NCBI RefSeq assembly: GCF_000143415.4
Contig: NW_003314392.1
Coordinates: 282,390-346,389 of the forward strand
Direction: 5' to 3'
From: Selaginella moellendorffii
Lineage: Eukaryota > Plantae > Lycopodiophyta
DNA: 64,000 nucleotides
The position numbers were made by a program, and so were the translations under genes. Shown here piece by piece: positions 36,087 through 48,359 of this stretch (its first letter is position 1; each line of letters opens with the position of its first letter). The notes under the pieces are model-generated. The model was not told the origin of the DNA and ran no database searches. It worked only from the letters and a program-made list of their open reading frames with translations.

Positions 36087-37718
36087 AAATGATTGTCTTG
36101 TCAAGTGTCAAGTCCGACCAAATTGAATTCAGCTCAAGGCATGAACTTGGTGTACAACTGCATCACACTGCACAACGCCAATCAAAGTGTCAATCATGAC
36201 CTCGCCACCCTGTGACTTACCTCGTTAACAAGTTTTTGCCTTTCATCTTCCTCCTCCTTCTCCGGTCTCTGGTGGAGGGACAGGTGCTCCATTTGCATCA
36301 TCTGGTCGGGATAGTCAAGCCTTGAACTCAACAAACTGAGTTTGGCGCCCGCTTCTTTGAATGTTTTCTGGATAGGCAGAATTTTCTTGGAATCCAGGTC
36401 CATATAGAGGCATTCCCGGCATGGGCGGAATGATGGTTGCCGCAGCCAAGTGGTCAGCCGAGTACAGGTCCTGGTGGAGTGGTATAAACGGCCTCTGTTC
36501 CTCGATATGGTGGTGGTGATCCCGATATCGGGGCAGACAAGACGACAACCTGTATTGTTGCCGTGTAGACTCTTCGTGAGGTCTCCTCGCATATTGATGT
36601 TCCACTGGATTTCCCGCATATGCTCTGTGTGCTGAAGTTAGAGGTTGCTGGTGAAGACCTGGATGTCTTCCATCACGATAAGCCACACGTGGTGAGGATG
36701 GTGAGGATCCAATCTGGTAAGTCGCGCTGCATGTCCACTTATACCACCACCATCCACATGAGAGGAGCTCCTTTGATATATATGAGCCGGATCATAATCC
36801 TCAGGAAGCTGAAGATGATGCTGCTGAATGTACTCGTGTGTCGGATATGTGGCTCCATCGTCTGGAATCTGGTGGCGATGGTGCTGAGGGAATTGGCCAC
36901 CACCGGTTCTGTACACGGGCTCCTTGTGGTACACCATCGGTTGTGCAGAAGGCTGTTGATGTGATAAAATATGAAAACTACCGTCCGAAATTGCATATTC
37001 TTGTCTTCTGCACTCCTGGCTAGCGTCCAGTGGGTGCTGACGTACTGGTAGAGCATGCTCCTGTAACACGAATCTCGGTCGGGGCTCGTGAGTTAACAAA
37101 TCCTGAGGACCATCATCGTGTTGATCCTGCAGTCTTGACAATTTCCCATGTGAGCCAACTCGTGGAATCTTGCTTTCAGCACCATATCCTCGGACCATTC
37201 TGTCGAGGTCATGACTTTGGGGGTAAGACTTCAGGTCGTAGATTCCCGTAGTAGTGATCCAGATCAGAGTAACTGCTAAAGTCTTGATCAGTTGGTATCT
37301 CCCATTACCAACAAGTGACCAGTACCATTTGAATTTTTTTCTCATCTTAACTAATTGTAGTTTTTGTGGCAAACAAGTAAATAAACACAGTTAAATATTT
37401 TCTAGGGTTCTGAGATGAAAAGAAGAAAATGAGATGTAAGAAATTATTTCACATTAGTACAGGGTAACTTCAATTTTATTTCTGATTACAGATCTATAAC
37501 CGTCTTCAACTTTGATGTTGTAATTCAAGAATGGAAGGCAGCTATAAATATTTACAGTAGGTGATGTTTATGAACTTCCTTGGATTTGGTAACTTAATTC
37601 TTGACAAAAGGATCAAGTTGGTATAACTTCTGTTGATCCATTTTGTTTTTCTGGTACAAAAAAAAAGTTAGACACTGAAGTGATGCCTAGGAAACACCAT
37701 CGCTACAGCATTTTACCT

Positions 37719-37900
37719 CACCGCGTAAGACAAACGTTCTCCTCGTCAGTCACAGTCGTTCTTGGCAAACTCCTCTTGCACCCACAAGAGCCTTCGGAAC
37801 TCCACCTCCAGCGTTCTGCTCGACTCAATGTAATGCTTCTTAAAGCTTGATCGCGGCTGGAGAAGTCCTCCAGCGGCGTTCCCCCAATGAGCGGAAGGAG
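37719..37900 (-). pseudogene. Decayed copy of a C-terminal kinesin exon
   Basis: [18 protein letters not shown] matches 39702-39960 ([18 protein letters not shown]). Confidence 0.8.
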
Positions 37901-39146
37901 AGGATGAGCGCTCCATAGTCGGCCGGGCGTTGAGCACATAGGCGATTGGACAAAGGAGATATTTGACACCATCTTCAGCGAGCTTGCAACTTGCCTGTGA
38001 TGGAAGCTGAAGAAGCACGAAACCTTGGGCAGCGTTAGGAATCGAGTGATCGCAGGAAACACTGGAGCCGATTTGTGAAGGACACACTAGAATATTCTGT
38101 GGCAACACCAAAAAGATTGATATCCTCACTGGTATCATCAGCCAGGCATTCATTTCATTCAAGAAGAGCAAGAAGCATTTCAAATACTTTCGCAATCTAT
38201 GGCAGCCATGTTTGTTTGTTCATGACCATGGTCGCAGCAGCAGCGCTATGGAAAATTTGTGTCTCCGCAAGAGAGAAGAGAGGGCACGATTTCTAGTGTC
38301 GCTCCACCCCAGCTCCACCCGGTGAGAGATGCACAAAGGTACTTGTACTCGGTGGAATTCCCCTTCCGCTGGCAAAAGGTGCTCGAGTTTGGCACCATCC
38401 GCACACTCCCTGGGATCACAAATCTGCTCTTCAGGACAAGGGGTCCCCAGAAGCGCGCTGCCGCTGAGACCAACATTCTGGTGAGCGATCCACCACCACG
38501 TCGACTGCGATCGCGGCTCGTACGCGGTGAGGAGATTGAATGGAATCCACAACAAATTCCAGATCCCAAACGACCAATTCGCCTACGTCCTCTGCCTCAA
38601 CGTGATCACGTGATTTCTCCAAGAGGTTTGGATTCCGCAAGTGGACTGAAAACGAGAAGGAGGCCGACAAGAGCACGCCGCGATGGCAATAGCCGCAGCA
38701 GCATCGGAAATCTAGCCCCCGAGAGCGCGATCGCCATTGGAATCACCGAACGGAATCACCGAACGGAGCCACCGAACGGAGCTGTCCGACCGTTCGGCCG
38801 ACCGCGTTCGGCGGCGGTCGGGATCCCGCCGAACGCGGTCGGGACCAACAGTGCCGGAGCATCGTCCAGGATCTCAAGCATCTGGTGCTGGACGCTTTTC
38901 CTCGCCAATTGCAGCCGCTGGTGGAAACTGGGGATCTGCGCGCTCATCGATCCCACAATCAGGAGCGCTGTTGGATTGGAAAGCCCCCCGTGATCGTGAA
39001 CTTGGAGTGGGTGCGTTCATGCTGCTGGCCGGGAGCTGTGTCCGCAAGCTGGCGGAGCTGGGACACTGAAATCAGGCATTGCTGCTCAGAACATAATGAT
39101 TTAATTTAATTTGGCAATTAAGGTATATAAGGCGTATAAGGCTATC

Positions 39147-39255
39147 AGAGAACAAATCCTTCCGAGGAGCCAGGCAAGGTTGGAAGCCCAAGGATTACTC
39201 CCTTGCAAACATGTTATCAAGGCCCGTCTATAGGTGAGTGATAGTTGTTCACTCA
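39147..39255 (+). pseudogene. Shrunken copy of CW-gene segment 18200-18363
   Basis: CAGAGAACAAATCCTTCCGAGGAGCCAGGCAAG is identical, followed by CCAAGGATTACTCCCTTGCAAACA and the donor GGTGAG.GATAGTT. Confidence 0.85.
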
Positions 39256-39324
39256 CATTTATTGCATTAAGCTTACATACAATAGGCTATAATCCTCCTC
39301 TATCTATACAAAAATCTTCTTTCC

Positions 39325-42300
39325 TCACAAGTTTAGCATTGTGGAGATCGAATTCCAGCCGAAGTGGAACGGCTTTTGGCTGGAGGGCGGAGCGAAGTTC
39401 AAGGCAAACATCTCCTTGGAGGCGCTGCCTGGCTCCCAAAATCCCACGATCATGGCCACCACCTCGGCGCTGTCCTGGATGTGCTGCATGTCGCGAGCAT
39501 CCGTCCATAACTTCTCGATCAGCTGGAGCTTGCGCTGCTTGGACTCGAGGGGTATCTCCCATTTCACCAGCAGCTCGTCCTTCATCTCGGGTGGCATCCG
39601 CCGCATCCGCTTCGCGAGCATCTCTCGTTCTCGTCGCAACGCCTTGACACTGCAAAGAAAACAAAAGTGAGCCCTTGGAAATACCATCGCTTAAGCTTGT
39701 CTACCTCGCAGCGTAGGACGAAATGTTGTCCTCGTCAATCACACCCGGCCCCTGATTCTGGTCGTTCTTGGCAAACTGCTCTTGCAGCCACAGGAGCCTC
39801 CGGAACTCCACCTCCATGTACATGGCGTCGGCAGGGTCCCCTCTGAAGAGCAAATAGAACTGTGTCCTGTGAATGATCGAGACCTGGCACACGTCCCATA
39901 GCTCGATGATCTGCATTCGTTGCTTCTCGAACTGTAGCCTCCATCCCGAGGGAGAATGCAAGGAAGGAGTCATCTCTCCATACTCGTTCTCTCCGCCAGT
40001 GTTGTTGGATTCCAGCTCCAGTACCTACAAGCCAGAGTCACATATATTGCATTTCCAAAAGTTTGCTAGTTACCTGGCAGACGAGAAGCTGCTTTTGATA
40101 TTGTAGCTTGGCCACCCGCTCTTTGAGCTCGGTGACATACGCCCGGATGCTCTTGATGTTGTCTTCGGCAGCAGTTTTAAACATGTTCTGCATCTTCCGG
40201 ATGTCCACAGAGTTGCTTCTCCGGTGTCCTCCGGATGGTGGCGTGTTCTCTGAGGAGCGAGGAGGATTGTTCTCGTTGTTCTCTTGGAGAGCGCTCCTGG
40301 TTGTCTTGGGTGAGCACGGTGGACTGTTGGCAAAAAGCTGTCTGCTACTGCTGGTGGTGCTGCCCATAGTGGAAGGTAGCAGCTTCCTTCTCCGGGTTGG
40401 AGTCTTTAGCTTTGGCGACGAAACATCGGTGCTGACAGAGGTTTGAACCTCGATCTCGTTCTCGTCCTTCCGGTGTTGTACGTGCAGGTTCTTGATCTCT
40501 TCTTGGAGCTTCGTGATCGTTTGTACCGCATCCTGGTTCATATCTACCTGAGCCAGACGCAGGCATTCGACTTCCTTCTGCAGGGCCTCCAGCGCTCTAC
40601 TTGCGTCCTCTCCAAGCTCGTCTTGTAGCTTTTCTAGCTTTCGAATTTCTTGTATAAGCATGAAAGGAGCCTTCGAGGGGCAGCCTAGCTCATCCACCAG
40701 CAACTGCTTTTTGGTCGGAGTGCATAACTCCTAAAGCGAAAACGCTCATGTGAGATACTGACTAAGTCAGAAAACACTCTATTATCGTACCTTTGGATCT
40801 CTCTGCTCGTCTCCCATCTTTGCAAGAACTTCATTGAGCTGTGTCTTGGCAGCATCCCTTTGACGAATGAGCTCCTTCATTTCGGATTCCATCTGCAGGA
40901 CGATGTTAGATGGGAAATTGCAACGACGAAGGACAGATTGCCAACCTTTTGAATTTGCTGCTCCTTCTGATGTAGCAAAGCGTCGGAAGACAATGCAGCC
41001 TCTGGAATTCGCAGCTCAGCTTCAAGCCTTGCAACTTCTTTCTGCAGCTGTTTTACAAGGTCCTTGTCCGAAACAACCTGAAACAAAATAATTACTCGTG
41101 AATCAAATCATTATACAGACTAGGATGACTTACCAGATTCACATGAGCATTATTTGTAACTTCCTTCGCGCGCGTGGCGAATGCAAGCGTGTTACGCGAC
41201 TGTTCAACATGGGCCCGCGCGGGACTCATCGTGCATATGATCGCTGTGCGAGCATTTCCGCCGAGAGATAACTGGAGAATCCTGGTCAGCTTCGAATCCC
41301 GATAAGGAATATGACCACTTTTAGTTCGATTGCTCCCACTGCAAAAGATAATTATGAGCGAAAACCGTCGAGCGGCCAAAGTACCTGAGTTTCCGAATGA
41401 CTGTACTTAAAGTGAGCAAGCTACGATTGATATGGCATCCTTCCTTCAACCGAGTTCCGTCCGAGAGTGTTTGAGACGCACGTTCACTACCTGCGAGATC
41501 TACAAAATTCTGTCCGCATAAAAGTCAATCAGTAAATGACGAAGCAATCAGTACAAAATGTTACCAGCGTTGCAACCATGCTATTGACAGTTCCATTTCC
41601 GTTTCCATTTTCGCGAGGAATACTTTCCACAGTCTGTTAAAACTCAACCTTAATCCTGAGAATTTAGATTTAAAGGTTTGCGTACCAGCCTTATAATCTG
41701 ATGGGATCTCGAGCTGGCATCGTTGAGCATCGTCTCCCCAACTTGTCTTTGAGCTAACGACATTCTTCATTAGAAAAAAGTACTATGGCAAAAAGAGCAA
41801 AAGAACAAACCTTCACAAATAGACAGGACCTGCCGTAAATGCTTGCAGTCACGAACAATTGTGTCTGTAAGTTTCTCGACGATGGTTCCCCGCTGCAAGG
41901 GAAAAGCAATGTAAGCTGTAGCGTTCAAACCTTCTGTACCTCAGGATCGTCTAGAAGTCGCAACGCTCCAGTATCTGGGTTAAGAAGATCACGAACAACC
42001 TCGTTGTAGATCTCCAGCCCGGCTATCTTAAGAATGTACTCTCTTTGATGGTTCTGTAAAGCCACTGTGATTCAAAAACTCGATGTGCCTGACCAGCAAA
42101 CCTTTTCTATAGCGTCGTAAATGTCGACTATAGCATTCTCAATCACACCCCTCATCGTGAACGTTTTTCCACTACTGGTTTGTCCATAAGCAAAGATGGT
42201 CGCTGGGAAGGAGAATAAAAAAACGACCATGACTTAAAGAATTCCAACAATGGAGGCTTCCAACACTCACAATTTATCCCGCTTAGAGCAGAGAGCGCTA

Positions 42301-42659
42301 CATCCTTGGCCCCTTCTTCGTACACAACTTTCGTGGAGGATTCGGGCCCAAAAACGCGATCTGCAATAAAACACGGATGCCAATCTTGAGAGATGCGGGA
42401 GATTCGCTCACTTACCAAAAGAGTAGCGCGCAGGATAAGGAGATCGATCCGGCTGCTGCTTATAAGACACAGTATGATCATCTGGACACTCCCAATCTGC
42501 GGTGTCCCGCTGAGCGATTTCCCTAGAACTCATCGGCCTCACCCTGACTGTGACAAAAATCTTCTCCTCCTTGGATCTACATTTCCCCGGAGTGGAGAGA
42601 ATTCCTATTCCTCCTGCCTTCTCGCCACTCCGTGGAGTCAGCGCATTCTTCTCTCCCAT
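39325..42659 (-). CDS. NACK1: Kinesin-7, NACK1/HINKEL-like, multi-exon
   Basis: [17 protein letters not shown]; YGQTSSGKT; [12 protein letters not shown]; [28 protein letters not shown]; [50 protein letters not shown]; C-terminal DUF3490-type domain. In-frame upstream ATGs at 42668 and 42689. Confidence 0.93.
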
Positions 42660-42738
42660 AGCTACCATTGCCGCAGCGAGAGCCGCCATAGCCGCGCTCG
42701 CTCGCTCGCTCTCTAGGGTAAAAAATTCCGAATGTTTG

Positions 42739-42749
42739 CCCAACGGCTA
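42739..42749 (+). promoter_or_regulatory. MSA element (MYB3R site) upstream of the kinesin
   Basis: CCCAACGGCTA matches YCYAACGGYYA exactly; NACK1 genes are known MSA targets. Confidence 0.65.
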
Positions 42750-42770
42750 CATTGGCGAACAAAGGACCCA

Positions 42771-42781
42771 GGTTCGATTCC
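42771..42781 (+). promoter_or_regulatory. Isolated B-box GGTTCGATTCC
   Basis: Lies in the divergent kinesin/PAP promoter; no tRNA fold around it. Confidence 0.4.
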
Positions 42782-42883
42782 TCTCCCCAACTGGCATTTT
42801 CCAACCCGCCAAAAACCATTGCTCTTGCCGGTGGTATATTTTAGGGCTCTTACGATCCATTCGCTCGCCAGAGGATGGGATTC

Positions 42884-44214
42884 ATGGCGCAGATCGTGGC
42901 GCTGCTGCTGCTGATCGATGCCGCAGTGGCAGCAGCACGGTTGTTGCAGTTCAATTCTCACGGCGCCTTCAAGATCTTGCAGGTAGAGGTAGATTCTTGT
43001 GGAACCGAGGCGATCGAAAAAGTTTCCAGGTTGCTGACATGCATTTCGCGAATGGAGCAACGACCAAATGCTTGGATGTTCTCCCGGAGCAGTACGCAGG
43101 GTGCTCGGATCTCAACACGACGAGCTTCGTCAAGAGGATGATCGACGCGGAGAAGCCAGATCTCATCGTCTTTACAGGTATTCCCTCTCGATTTCCTTTT
43201 GTATGAGATCGCCATGGAATGTTTCTTTCTTGTCTCGTACAACAGGTGACAATATATACGCATCTGACTGCTCCGATCCGGCCGAGTCTCTCGATGCCGC
43301 GTTTGCGCCAGCCGTCGAGGCAAAACTTCCCTGGGCAGCTGTTCTAGGCAACCATGATCAAGAATCGTCTCTCAAGCGCTCCGGAGTCATGGATCACATC
43401 GTCCAGATGAACTACACGCTCGCACAGGTGAATCCTGCCGGGGTCGCCACCATTGACGGATTTGGGAACTACAATCTCGAAGTTCTCGCTCCTGGCCAAG
43501 ACTCGGAACAGGAGAGCCTTCTCAACTTGTATTTCGTGGACAGTGGAGACTATTCCACTGATCCAAGCATTCCAGGCTATGGTTGGGTCATGCCCAGTCA
43601 GCAAGCGTGGCTGAGAAACCTCTCGTCGTCTCTCCAGGTCTGCGAACTTGCTTTCATCACTTGAGACTCTTACTAATACTTCTTTCGTCTTTCTCCTTTC
43701 GCAGGGGAGTGCCAACCAAAGCCGTCCAGCGCTAGTGTTCTTTCACATTCCTCTCCCAGAAGTGAACAACTTCACGTCCTCTCAGATCGTGGGAGTGAAG
43801 CAGGAGATGGTGGCGTCGCCAACGTTCAACTCTGGTTTCTTCCAGACGCTTGTGGAGATGGGAGACGTGAAAGCAGCTTTCACTGGTCACGACCACGTCA
43901 ATGACTTTTGCGGCGAGCTGCAACACATACAACTCTGCTACGGCGGCGGCTTTGGCTACCACGCTTATGGCAAAGCGGGATGGTCTCGGAGGGCCAGAGT
44001 GATCGAGGCTTCGCTGAGCGATGGCGGAGGAGGAGTGGAGAAGATCGTGACTTGGAAACGTTTAGACGACGAGATGCTGAGCACCACCGACAAACAAGAA
44101 CTGTGGCGACGAAGGTACGAAGATCATACGATTCTCATCGAGAGTATAGCTACAGCAGGTGTTGAATTTCCCAGATACGATCCTTCGTTCTCGAGCTCGA
44201 ATCAAGTCTGGTGA
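42884..44214 (+). CDS. Purple acid phosphatase, PAP14/28/29 (DCR2-like) metallophosphoesterase
   Basis: FKILQ|VADMHF; PDLIVFTG|DNI; LGNHD; FFHIPLPE; GHDHVNDFCG; GYHAYG. Confidence 0.93.
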
Positions 44215-44436
44215 CCGTACGTGCGGAAATAAAATAGCTTGGAGCTATTCCGAAGTTGCGACGTGTCGAGAGGGAGGTATGTGGCACCACTGTGCCAAGC
44301 CACGCGAGGCAGCTGGACCTCGCCTTACAAAAGCCACTTCTCGGAGGTTTGTGTTCCAATTGCATTCGGTTGTTGATCGATAAATCTCATTCGACTTCTC
44401 AGTTGTTTTAATCGATTGCTAGAGAGATAGATAGCG

Positions 44437-44954
44437 ATGTCGCAGCTGGTTGGCAAGGCGAAGAACTTCGTAGCGGACAAAGTGGCTCATATGGAGAAGC
44501 CCGAGGCAGATCTCACTTGGGTGTCGGTGAAGGACGTGAGCCGATCCTCGGTTCTGCTGGAGAGCGATGTCCTCATCACCAATCCTTACGACCACGATCT
44601 TCCAGTCTGCGAGATCTCCTACGCCTTGTTCAGCAACAACAGGTAAACTTCGCTCTCTCTGTTTTGAGCTTCTGTAAGATCGATCTTATGGCTTTGTCTT
44701 CGATCCACAGGGAGATTGTCAGCGGCAAAATCCCCGACCCCGGATCCGTCAAGGCCAATGACAAGACCGCGATGAAGATCCCGGCTAAAGTTCCATACAA
44801 TGTGCTCTTCACCATCGTCAAGGACGTGGGAACCGACTGGGACCTCGACTATGAGATGAGAGTGGGATTGACCGTCGACATTCCCATCCTCGGCAACTTT
44901 ACAATACCACTCTCCAAGAAGGGATCCTTCAAGCTCCCCCTCCTCCCCTTCTAA
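44437..44954 (+). CDS. LEA14: LEA14 / LEA_2 desiccation-related protein (2 exons)
   Basis: KAKNFVADKVAHMEKPEA..NPYDHDLPVCEISY; SGKIPDPGS..DWDLDY..FTIPLS; intron 44643-44710. Confidence 0.92.
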
Positions 44955-45058
44955 GCTCCAAGCTCTCTAGCTGGAATATTCAAGGATAAAAGGCTATTTC
45001 TATATGACACGAGAATATACCTTGTCTAAGGGTATCTCAGTTCTCTCTTGTGTTCTCC

Positions 45059-45565
45059 ATGGATCTTGGGCGATGCCTCGCCTTTGCGATCTTCTTCTCG
45101 AGCTTGGCGGCTGCGCGATCGATTCCAGAGAAAGTGGGTGTAGCAGCAATGAGCAGTGATCCTCCCACGGCATACGAGGAGCTGGAATCGTTTGGATTCC
45201 CCCCGGGATTGCTGCCACACACTGTAGTGAACTACACTCTCAATTCCAATGGCCGATTCAGCCTGGCGCTCAACAGGACGTGCTCAGCGATGCTCCAGGG
45301 CACCTATCTCGTCACCTACAACTCCCAGATCTCCGGGACCGTGAGCCCACGCTACATCAAATCGCTGCGCGGGGTGAGCGTCCGCGCCTTCTTCATCGAC
45401 TGGAGCATCTCGGGCATCCGCGTGAACCACCAAGATCTTGTTTTCGAGGTGGGTTTCGCCAGCGCCAAGTTCCCCATCTCCAATTTCGATGAGGCGCCGG
45501 AATGCGAGAAAGAATCGATCGAAGTTCCGCCATCGTCGTCGTCCTCCTCGCGAGCCAGCGCTTAG
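45059..45565 (+). CDS. DUF538 family secreted protein
   Basis: Signal peptide; AYEELESFGFPPGLLP..V.NYTL..I.G.V....I..L.GV..FEVG..FPISNFDEAPEC. Confidence 0.9.
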   Translation: MDLGRCLAFAIFFSSLAAARSIPEKVGVAAMSSDPPTAYEELESFGFPPGLLPHTVVNYTLNSNGRFSLALNRTCSAMLQGTYLVTYNSQISGTVSPRYIKSLRGVSVRAFFIDWSISGIRVNHQDLVFEVGFASAKFPISNFDEAPECEKESIEVPPSSSSSSRASA

Positions 45566-45595
45566 AAAGATTTGCCCTAATTTCTTCGTTCGTCC

Positions 45596-45612
45596 CAGGG
45601 TTCGAATCCCTG
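45596..45612 (+). promoter_or_regulatory. Isolated B-box forming a perfect tRNA T-arm hairpin
   Basis: CAGGG-TTCGAAT-CCCTG, about 40 bp upstream of the PPR-DYW ATG. Confidence 0.45.
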
Positions 45613-45653
45613 CCCTGTCACAGATATAAGATCAAAGCATTTTTCTAGGGTTT

Positions 45654-47729
45654 ATGGTTTCCAAGGCTACAGAGGAATGCTTCGCGCGGCTCCTCCGATC
45701 GTGCAACACGCCCAAGCTCCTGCCCGAGGGCAAGAGGATCCACGCCCGGATCGTCGAATCCGGCGGACCCACGCGCTTCCTCGGCAATCTCCTCGTCCAG
45801 ATGTATGGCAAATGCGGCAGCCTCGACGACGCGCGCGCGGCATTTCACTCCATCCCGGGCCCCAACATCTTCTCCTGGAGCATCATGCTCGGCGCCAGCA
45901 TCCACAACAGGGATCTGGGCGGCGCGCGGCGGCTGTTCGAGGCGATGCCGCGGCGCGATGCCGTCACCTGGAATGCCATGATCTCCGCCTACACGGAAAG
46001 GGGTGAGATCGATCGCTCGCGAGCGGTGATGGATCGAATGCCCCACCACGATGTCGTGTCGTGGACGAGCATCCTTCTCGGCCACGCCAATTGCCTCGAC
46101 ATCGCCCAAGCCTGCCGGGTGTTCCAGTCGATGCCCGCCAGGAACGAGGTGAGCTGGGCGACGATGCTGCAAGCCACCGCCCAGATCGGGGAGCTCGCAG
46201 ATGCCGAGGCCATGTTTGCGAGGATGCCCGCGAGGACGATCGTGCACTGCAGCTCCATGCTCTCGGTATATGCCCGGAAAGGGCATTTGCGGAAGATGGA
46301 GAAACTCTACGAGCAAATGCCCGAGTGGGATGCGATGTCGCAAGCGTTGTTGGTATGTCGCTACGCGCAGCTGGGCCACGTTGACAAGGCGAAGGAGATG
46401 TTCGAGGCAATGGAAGAGAAGGACGTGGTTGCTGCAAATGCGATTATCACAGCACTTTCCCGAAAGGGGGATTTGGATCACGCGAGAGAGGTGTTTGACG
46501 CGATGGCGGAGGAGGATCGCACGGAGGTGTCGTGGCTCGCGATGATCCAGGGCTACGCTCGCCACGGCGCACTGCGCAAGGCGGCGGAGCTTCTCAAGTC
46601 GATGCCGCGGCCACACAAGGGCGCGGCGGCTCACAACGCGCTCATCACAGCATTTGCCGAGAAGGGGCATCTTGTGGGCGCCAAGAAGACATTCGATTCC
46701 ATGGCGGCGGACGAGCAGGACGTGGTGTCATGGACGGCCATGATGGCGGCGTACGCCCAGAGCGGACGGCTGGATGAGGCCGTGGCGGTGTTCGAGGATA
46801 TGCCATGGCGGGACGTGGCGGCGTGGAACGCAGCGGTGGCGGCGCTGGCGCACTGCGGGCAAGGGAAGGAATCGGTGGGGAAGTTCCAGCGGATGATCCA
46901 GGAGGGAGTGGCGGCGGACGAGATCTCCTTCGTCAGCGTGCTCACGGGATGCAGCCGCGAGGGATTGCTGGCCAGTGGGCGAGAGATCTTCACGTCCATG
47001 AGCGCCGATTTCGCGATCCAGCCCGGGAGGGATCACTACGGCTGCATGGTGGATCTTCTTGGGCGATCGGGGGAGCTCGCGGACGCGGAAGATCTCATGG
47101 GATCGATGCCCTTCGTCCCCGAGATCGTGACATGGATGGCGCTGCTGGGCGCGTGCAAGAATCATCGCAGCGAAGAGATTGGCGCGCGGATCGCTCACCG
47201 GATCATCGAGCTGGACGCCGCGAATCCCACCACGTACGTGCTGCTCGCGGGGCTCTACGCGTCGATCGGCAAGCGCGAGAAGGCCGAGGCTGTGAGAGAA
47301 GAGATGAGGAAGAACAAGAAGGGTAGCAGCGCCACCGCCGTGGCTGTCATCGAGATCGATGGGAAGCAGCATCGATTGGTTGCTGGGGAGTGGCGATCGC
47401 ATCCTCGCAGCGGCGAGATCGAGGCTGAATTGGAGCGGCTGGAGAGATCGATCCAGGAGGCCGGATACAAGCCCGATGATTTGCAGCTGGGAGAAGAAGA
47501 GGGCGTTGCATCTTCGCATCACAGTGAGAGGCTCGCGATCGCGCTGGGGATGATCGCGACGCCCAGCGCCACGACGTTGCGGATCGTCAAGAATGTGCGC
47601 GTCTGCGCTGATTGCCACGCCGCCGCGAAGATCATCGCGAGGATCTCTGGCAGGAAGATCGTGGTGAGGGATTCTAGCCGGTTCCACTACTTCGACAAGG
47701 GGCAATGCTCGTGCCAGGATTATTGGTGA
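45654..47729 (+). CDS. PLS-class PPR-E-DYW protein (putative organellar RNA-editing factor)
   Basis: Intronless, 691 aa; HSERLAIA, KNVRVCADCH and CSCQDYW*. Confidence 0.95.
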   Translation: MVSKATEECFARLLRSCNTPKLLPEGKRIHARIVESGGPTRFLGNLLVQMYGKCGSLDDARAAFHSIPGPNIFSWSIMLGASIHNRDLGGARRLFEAMPRRDAVTWNAMISAYTERGEIDRSRAVMDRMPHHDVVSWTSILLGHANCLDIAQACRVFQSMPARNEVSWATMLQATAQIGELADAEAMFARMPARTIVHCSSMLSVYARKGHLRKMEKLYEQMPEWDAMSQALLVCRYAQLGHVDKAKEMFEAMEEKDVVAANAIITALSRKGDLDHAREVFDAMAEEDRTEVSWLAMIQGYARHGALRKAAELLKSMPRPHKGAAAHNALITAFAEKGHLVGAKKTFDSMAADEQDVVSWTAMMAAYAQSGRLDEAVAVFEDMPWRDVAAWNAAVAALAHCGQGKESVGKFQRMIQEGVAADEISFVSVLTGCSREGLLASGREIFTSMSADFAIQPGRDHYGCMVDLLGRSGELADAEDLMGSMPFVPEIVTWMALLGACKNHRSEEIGARIAHRIIELDAANPTTYVLLAGLYASIGKREKAEAVREEMRKNKKGSSATAVAVIEIDGKQHRLVAGEWRSHPRSGEIEAELERLERSIQEAGYKPDDLQLGEEEGVASSHHSERLAIALGMIATPSATTLRIVKNVRVCADCHAAAKIIARISGRKIVVRDSSRFHYFDKGQCSCQDYW

Positions 47730-47795
47730 GGAACCTTAAAAGCAAGCGAGAGGCTAGTCGGTCGATCGATCGATTCGGTTCTTGGCGCAGATTGG

Positions 47796-47900
47796 ATCAA
47801 TTCACTCGGCGTCAGTTCTTGCGGATCTGGCCGCTGGTACCCGTGCATCTTCACCATGCTTTGGACGAAATCCGCGTCTTGATCGTCGCGGTAGCTGTCT
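47796..47900 (-). pseudogene. Peroxidase 3'-end remnant
   Basis: Matches 51619-51746 with deletions. Confidence 0.8.
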
Positions 47901-47914
47901 TGTCGCACAGTTTC

Positions 47915-48310
47915 ACGATCCACAACAGAGCCACTAGACTTTGAGTACAATAGTATCCAGACAATGGATCTCGAAAGAGCGATGCGCGCAGCCTCTTAGA
48001 CACAAGCCCCACCTCCAAGTAGATGTAGTCGCGATTGGATTCATCCACCCGTCACTCCCAGCCACAGGAAGAGCTCCTTGGCTTGGATCCCCGATAGATT
48101 CTAGATCTTGCCATAGCCCAGCTTCTCAGAGATGGCAGTGCCATGCCACACCAGATTCTCGAAGTGGTGGTAGCATTTGTGCTGAAGATGGACGATTGTT
48201 GTCGACCAGATTGGAGAAGACTGCCGGGGAGCCATGATCTTCCGCTCTGGCAGAATCGCGTCAGCGACGAGGGTCAGCGAAGAGCGCAACATCTCTCAGC
48301 TGGGCGCGAT
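47915..48310 (-). pseudogene. DUF538 pseudogene (inverted copy of 62309-62785)
   Basis: VHLQHKCYHHFENLVWHG and DESNRDYIYLEVGLVSKRLRASLFRDP; frameshifted. Confidence 0.88.
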
Positions 48311-48359
48311 TCGGTTAAGGGGGGAGGAAGAGCTCCAGGAGCGATGCCAGTGCCCCCAA

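Noticed and set aside
38259-38993. 244-aa ORF
   Set aside because: GTG start, GC-driven Arg/Pro composition, no motif, and located among decayed fragments.
45645-47705. Long antisense ORFs (341 aa and 325 aa) over the PPR-DYW gene
   Set aside because: Expected from GC-rich codon usage; no recognisable motifs.
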